Part shown: positions 54,165 through 64,000 of the stretch, piece after piece
Position numbering within the stretch: position 1 is the stretch's first letter
Layout of the letters: every line of letters begins with the position of its first letter
Assembly (NCBI RefSeq): GCF_009914755.1
Contig: NC_060932.1
Source of the DNA: the human T2T-CHM13v2.0 reference genome, Homo sapiens
Length of the DNA stretch: 64,000 nucleotides
Direction: 5' to 3' (one strand)
Notes under the pieces: model-generated
What the model saw: the letters and a program-made list of their open reading frames with translations, nothing else
Told to the model about the DNA's origin: nothing
The model's database searches: none
Position numbers and translations under genes: made by a program

Positions 54165-54817
54165 TAGTGCTTATAATTCTCTTTGGGCTACCAAAGTAGG
54201 GTAAGAGTGGTGAGAATACAGGGTCCCTGAATGTTGCTGGAGGGGAGAGAAATCACATCTTAGAGAACATTCAGGGAACATCTGGGAGAAGCTATGAGAA
54301 CATTCAGTTTTACAAATCATGAGTAAGTCCTAAATTAATGACAGTAATCTCATTTCAAAGTGAGGATTAGTAGTAATGAACTAACTTTTCTCAGTTTCTC
54401 TATTTTCACTAATAGGACAGTGATCACCAGGTCACTTAGTCACAGAGCATTACACACCCATAGATTCTTCCCTCCACTTTATCCCACTTCTGTCACTACT
54501 TATTGCCATTCATTGTCAGCCTTTCTCTTCATTCCCACCACCATTGAATGAATTTAGGTACTTGGGGTACTTCACATCTCAGATCACTGAGATAGCCTTC
54601 TTTGCACCCACTTTCCAATACCACATTCACTAATTCATTCATTCAATACATATTTACATGAATAGGCACTGCAGTAAGTGCTGTGAGTACCATATTATAC
54701 AAGTCAGACACCCTTCCTGCCCCAGTGGAGCATATGTTCTAGCAAGAGATGCTGGCAATCTAGTTTTATTACATACTTGTCCTCAGAGACTATAGAATAG
54801 TCCTGGATCTTATCCTA

Positions 54818-55210
54818 TGTTATTAACTGCAGTGTATCCTCCCACTCACAAATTCATATTTTGAAGTCCTAACCCCTCAATGTGACTATATTTAGAGATA
54901 GTCTTTAAGCTTAAATGAGTTCATAAGGGTGGGTCCCTAATCTGACACCACTGATGTCCTCACAGGAAGAGGAAGAGACCCCAGGGACCTCTCTGTCTCT
55001 CTTTCTCTCCAAGGACACACAAAGGAAAGACCATGTGAGGACATGGTAAGAAGGCCGCCATCTGCAAGCCAAGGAGAGAGGCCAGGAGAAACTAATCCTG
55101 GAGGCATCTTGATCTTGGACTTCCAGCTTCCAGAACTGTGAGAAAATCAATGTCTGCTGTTTAAACCACCCAGTCTGTGGTATTCTGTTATGGCAGCCTG
55201 AATTAATACA
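54818..55210 (+). mobile_element. MLT1A/B-type MaLR LTR
   Basis: AATTCATATTTTGAAGTCCTAACCC...ATCTGCAAGCCAAGGAGAGAGG...GGACTTCCAGCTTCCAGAACTGTGAGAAAA. Confidence 0.85.
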
Positions 55211-55299
55211 TCCTGTTACTCTTGTTCACACCAGACTTAAGCACTATTCTCTATTACCATCCCTCAGCTCCTGTTAAGTAAAATTCTCCAAAGGCAGGC

Positions 55300-57235
<1,936 letters not shown>

Positions 57236-57769
57236 TGACAGTGCTTGGAAGCCATTTCTTGTTCTAGCATATTCTCCGCTCTGAAGAGACTGAGTATTTT
57301 CAAAATCATCAAGTCCTAACTCCTTTTGTTTCATAGTTCTCTCCATTTATTTCTCTCCTCTCATATTTTGCTATAAATATTAAGAAGAAATCTAGTGGGG
57401 CCTTCAACACTTTGCTTTGAAATATCCATTCCTACAAAAGCAAACCCAGGACTCACATGTTCTGCTTTCCACATAATTGCAGGAGACATTTGACTACATT
57501 TTCTGCCATTACATAACAAAGATATATACCTTCCTCCAGTTTCTAAAAACATGCTCCTCATTTCCTTTTGAACTTGGGAGTGTTTCTAAAGTCCATAAAG
57601 TCCTTTAAAGTCTTTAAAGTTTCCATTAACAGTATGTTCAAGCAATTTGGACTTTATCATTCTCCTCAAAATTATTCCACCTTCTTACTATTCCCTGGTT
57701 TCAAAGCTACTTCCACATATTTTGGTATTTTTTATAGCAGCATTGCACTCCCAGGTACCATAATACTAA

Positions 57770-58673
<904 letters not shown>

Positions 58674-59589
58674 TTACGCCATGTGTAAATAGCTATTAGT
58701 CTTTTTTATTCACATTAACATTAATATAAACTATTCTTTCAAATATATTCTGAGCACCTACCAGGTGCTAGGCATTATGCTAAGTATAGGATATGGTACA
58801 AAGGTGAGCAAAAACAGACACAGTTCCTGTCCTCATGAAAATTCTAGTCAGAAGGAGAGAGAAAATAGTTACGTGAATAAATGTGAAATTATGATTTTGA
58901 CAAATACTATGAAAGTTTATGATACTATGAAAATCCATAGGATGAGGAAATGACCTGATCTAGTGGTTGGGCACAGCTTCTGGGAGAAAATGACATTTCA
59001 TTTGAGATATAAAAAATGAGCAAGAACAAACTAGAAAAAGCAAGGAAATAAATTCCATGCATTCAGAAGATCATGTAGGTACTGCAAGAGGCAGTACCCC
59101 CAACTCTGATCACCACTTTGGGGTCTACACACATACATCCATCTGCTTATTTGTACTTCTCAAAATCAATGTGTAGAAAACCAATCTTGGCTTGTAAAAC
59201 TTAGTTCTTTCCCAACATTCCCTACTTCAGTGAAAGACACCACCATCTGTAAAACTGGAAGTGAGAAACCTAGGAGTTATTCTTGACAGTTCCCTCTTCT
59301 TCACTCCCTCACCAAATACTATGCACTTTATTACTAGTTACACAATAGGTCTCTCATAATCCAGACATACCACGTTCTCTCCTGTTCCCCAAGCCTTTGC
59401 TTTTGCTGGTCCTATGCTTGGAAATTCCTCTCCATCCTCACCTCCTTCTCTTCTTAGCAATATCCTAATTCATCCTTCAAGACGTAACCCAAACATATTG
59501 CACTTGGCATTCTACTACATCCATGCGTAAATAATAACCTCTCTCCTCAGTGATATAATACACTTTTCAAATACCTCATCACCCCTGTT

Positions 59590-60010
59590 ACAGGTTGGTT
59601 GTCTGGGAAGCAGACTTTCAGGCAGATCGGCAAGCAGGACAACATTAGGAAGTGCTCCTGGAACCAATGCCAGTGGAAGGAGAAGGAACTAGGATTGGGC
59701 AGAGGGAGAGCTGGGTTGAGATGTACCAAAAGTCCTAAGCCAAGCAGTGCTCTGGGCTGGGATGGTCCTTGGGATCTTTCCAAATTGAGTTAAGAAGGCC
59801 AGGACTTTAAATCCTCCTCCCCAGGATGATCAGTCCATTGGATGCGAGTTATCCCTGGAAGGAGGCATGACTTTGGCTGAAGAAGTTTTCCTCAGTAATC
59901 TCCCCCAAAGTATGACAGCTTAGGGATGTCTTCTGGATGTTTCCCAGAGTTAGAGAATAAGTCTTTCATTCCTGAAGAGGGATCCAGGAGATGCACTGCA
60001 GCATCCACTA
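59590..60010. mobile_element. Ancient ERVL-class LTR (LTR16/33-like)
   Basis: TGGGAAGCAGACT...AGGATTGGGCAGAGGGAGA...GAAGGAGGCATGACTTTGG. Confidence 0.45.
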
Positions 60011-60159
60011 TGATCCCTAGGCTCAAATCAGTTTACTAGAACCACATTCCCTTGTGTTAAGGAAGGCTCCATTGCCCTCACTAGGTATTTTTTTGGTGTG
60101 TGTGTGTTTTTGTTTTGTACGTGTGTGTGTGTGTGTGGTTTGTGGTTTGGTTTTCTTTT

Positions 60160-60300
60160 CCTTTTTCTTTTTTTTTTTTGAGACTAGATCTCACTGTGTT
60201 GCCTGGGCTATTCACAGTGGCTATTCATAAGTGCGATCATAGCATACTACGACCTTGAACTCCTGGACTCAAGCATTCCTCCTGCCTCAACTTCCCAAAG
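60160..60300 (-). mobile_element. FAM (fossil Alu monomer) fragment
   Basis: GGCTATTCACAG signature (duplicated) and GATCATAGC. Confidence 0.7.
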
Positions 60301-60402
60301 AAGCCTAACTAGTTTTTGAGACATTTGCTTCCTTAAAGAGTTGGGATTTAATAGAAATCTGGTAAAGGAATTACTGAATAAATGACCCAAGGCGACTGAT
60401 TA

Positions 60403-61083
<681 letters not shown>

Positions 61084-62405
61084 GTCATTTAATTTTTGTC
61101 ACTTAAATTTAATTACAAAGTATTTTAGGCATACAAAAAGTAGAGATAAGGAGTACCCGTGTATTCATAACTCTTAACCTAGTTTAAGAGATAAAACATT
61201 ATATATTTGTAGCTCCCTTGTATAGTTTTCACTTATCCCATTTCTCTCCCACTCTTCCTAGAAATAATCACTATCTCAAATTTGGTGTTCATTATTCCCA
61301 TGCACGGTTTTATATTCTTACCACATATGCATTCTACTGAATGAGTATACCATAACTTTCACTTTTGTTATCACTTTCACAGCCTCCATGCTTCCCCCAG
61401 CCCCCACCCTGATGTTCCCTTGAGGTACAATTGATAAAATCTAATTTTTAGTTCCATACAGATTCTTAGCTTATCTTCTGATCTCCTAAAGGAAACATCT
61501 TGGCCCTTGCAGCAACACATTTACAAACTAGCTTAGGATTCTGAGCATACTTCTGCAGGCAGCTTAGTTATTTACTAATTCTTCCTTTATTCTGAGAATA
61601 ACCCTTTCCGGACTGTGTCTTAAAATTCTTGGCACACTCATCTATAGTTCCCTGCTTTACCATAAAATCATTCTCCTAGGTGTGTAACTCTGTGACCTGG
61701 TCGTTTACAATGGCAAGAATCTACATTGTGAAGAGACCCAAGCCATCATGTTTCTTTCACCAGCCATCACATAAGCTGTTTCTGCAACCAGGAAGAGGGC
61801 TCTCACCAGAACCCAACCAGGCTGCCACGTAGCTTGGACTACCAGCTCCAGAACTGTGAGGAAAAAAACCTTCTGTTGTTTAAATCACCCAGTATGTGGT
61901 ATTTTGTGATGGCAGCCCCAGCAAACTAATATGCACACTAATCCCAATAACTGACTGCACAGTATACTGAAAAAGAGGAGTGATCAAGTGTCAAGTGCAG
62001 TGGGAGGTCTGAGTTCCTGTTTGGGCTCTGTCACTCAGACTCTAGGGCATAACACTTGACCCTTTGAAGCTCACTTTTCCTCATCTATAAAATGAAGGGC
62101 ATTAAGTAGCACTTCATGTCCCCGAACATTTTCAAACTGAAAGTATTTAATTCACAAATTGTGAGCTATGGCTCAGGCAATTATAGCACAGCACCACTAC
62201 TCCATCTCAGGAGGTAATCATGGATATTCACAAAGATTTAGTTACAAACATATTCATGACAGAACTGCATTTAATGGCAAAAAAAAATCCTGTCAATAAT
62301 CTAACTATACAATAAAGTATGTTAAATCAGAGACAGACAATATCTCGCCATTATAAGTGATACTTTAAGTGAATATTGTGCAAACTCATTAAAAAATGTT
62401 TTTGT

Positions 62406-62700
<295 letters not shown>

Positions 62701-62834
62701 GTTTTTGTTAATGAACATCAAGGATATAGTGTTGAGAAACCTTGTTCTTTAAAATCATAGTTTGGCAAAAACTTTGAAATCTCATCATTGAAAATGGAAC
62801 ATCTCACTCTTGTAGGATCTGAGTCCTATGAGTC

Positions 62835-63480
62835 ATTTTATTTTTAAATTTTTTGGGGTACATAGTAGAAGTATATATTATAGGGTACATGAGACATTTT
62901 GATACAGGCATACAATTCATAATAGACACATAAAGGTAAATGGAGTATCCATCGCTTCAGCATTTATCCTTTGTGTTACAACCCAATTATATTTTTATTT
63001 TTAAATGTACAATAAATTGTTGACTATAGACACTGTTGTGCTATCAGATGCTAGATCTTCACTCTAACTATACATGACTTTTTAAAATCTTTTTTTGAAC
63101 TGCTTTATTCAAGTATGACAGACACGAATTAAACAATACTTTATATAATTTGATAAATTTTGAAATATATGCCCATAAAACCATTACCACAATCAAAATA
63201 ATGCACATATCCATCACACCCATGGGTTTCCTGGTACCCTTTAGTAATCCCTCCCTCTCTCCCATTTCTCCTTCCTCCCACCACCCTCCACCCCCATCCC
63301 CAAGGAATCACTGATTTGCTTTGTCACTATAGATTAGTTTGCATTTTCAAGTTTTATGTAAATGGAATCATACACCATGTACTCTTTTTTATCTGGCTTC
63401 TTTCACTCAGCATAATCCATGTTGTTACATGTATTCATAGTTCATTCCTTTTTATTTCTGGGTCGTATTCCACTGTATGG
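62835..63480 (-). mobile_element. L1MA-like 3' end (62835-63070) plus an L1MB/MC-like 3' fragment (63090-63480)
   Basis: GGGTACATAGTAG...TTTTGATACAGGCATACAAT; TAAATGGAATCATACA...TGGCTTCTTTCACTCAGCATAAT. Confidence 0.7.
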
Positions 63481-63647
63481 GTCACTCCCAGAAAAAGCAG
63501 TCCTTATTTCCAACCCGGTGCAGAGCTGCAGGTAAACGGTTTCATACACAACAGCTTAACTTTGTCATTTACAAGAAATTAGAATTCCCACTTTAGGCCA
63601 GACTTGATTTTAACTTCTTTACATATGGCACCACTTCAATTTAAAGG

Positions 63648-63811
63648 TTTTTTTGTTTTGTTTTGAGACAGAATCTCCTTCTGTCACCCAGGCTGGAGTG
63701 CAGTAGCACGATCTCAGCTCACTGCAGCCTCCACCTTCTGGGTTCAAGTTATTTTCATGCCTCAGCCACCTGAGTAGCTGGGATTACAGGCGTGAGCCAC
63801 AGCACCAGCCA
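63648..63811 (-). mobile_element. Monomeric Alu (arm-to-arm fusion)
   Basis: Right arm joined to the left-arm 5' end at CTGGGATTACAGGC. Confidence 0.85.
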
Positions 63812-63846
63812 TTATTGTAATAGTTTAATTTGAAAATTCACAGGTG

Positions 63847-63975
63847 GGCCGGGAGCGGTGGCTCACGCCTGTAATCCCAGCACTTTGGGAGGCCCATGCG
63901 CGCGGATCACGAAGTCAGGGCGACTGCAGCCTCGGCAACACAGCGAGACTCCATCTCAAAAAATAAAAAATAAAA
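63847..63975 (+). mobile_element. Internally deleted AluY/Sc-like element
   Basis: Alu 5' end fused to Alu 3' end; TSD AAAATTCACAG(G/A)TG. Confidence 0.85.
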
Positions 63976-64000
63976 AATTCACAGATGTTTATCTAGAATG

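Overview
This is human genomic DNA; an AluYb8 copy (a human-specific subfamily) sits at 33483. The window is repeat-dominated and looks intergenic or intronic. I recognise no intact host protein-coding exon, tRNA, rRNA or CRISPR array. Main contents: (1) a full-length but dead L1PA3/PA4-type LINE-1 on the minus strand (11073-17210) with a 12-bp TSD, which retains the ~129-bp ZNF93-binding 5'UTR segment; (2) an older-type SVA (25806-27056) that ends early in SINE-R; (3) a full-length RPS2 processed pseudogene (45643-46585, minus); (4) several dozen Alus, many nested, internally deleted or in close inverted pairs; (5) fossils of L1M, L2, MIR, MLT/ERVL LTRs and DNA transposons. Nearly all ORFs in the track are repeat-derived or chance. 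I found no convincing new multi-gene system. The best leads lie outside the repeats or are structural: a homeodomain-motif-dense unique segment (20150-20575), two strong CTCF motifs in divergent orientation around the L1, a 32-bp perfect palindrome next to a second hairpin (52213-52271), an AluYb8 without a clean TSD, and several rearrangement scars. Repeat subfamily names come from recalled consensus sequences, not from a database run.
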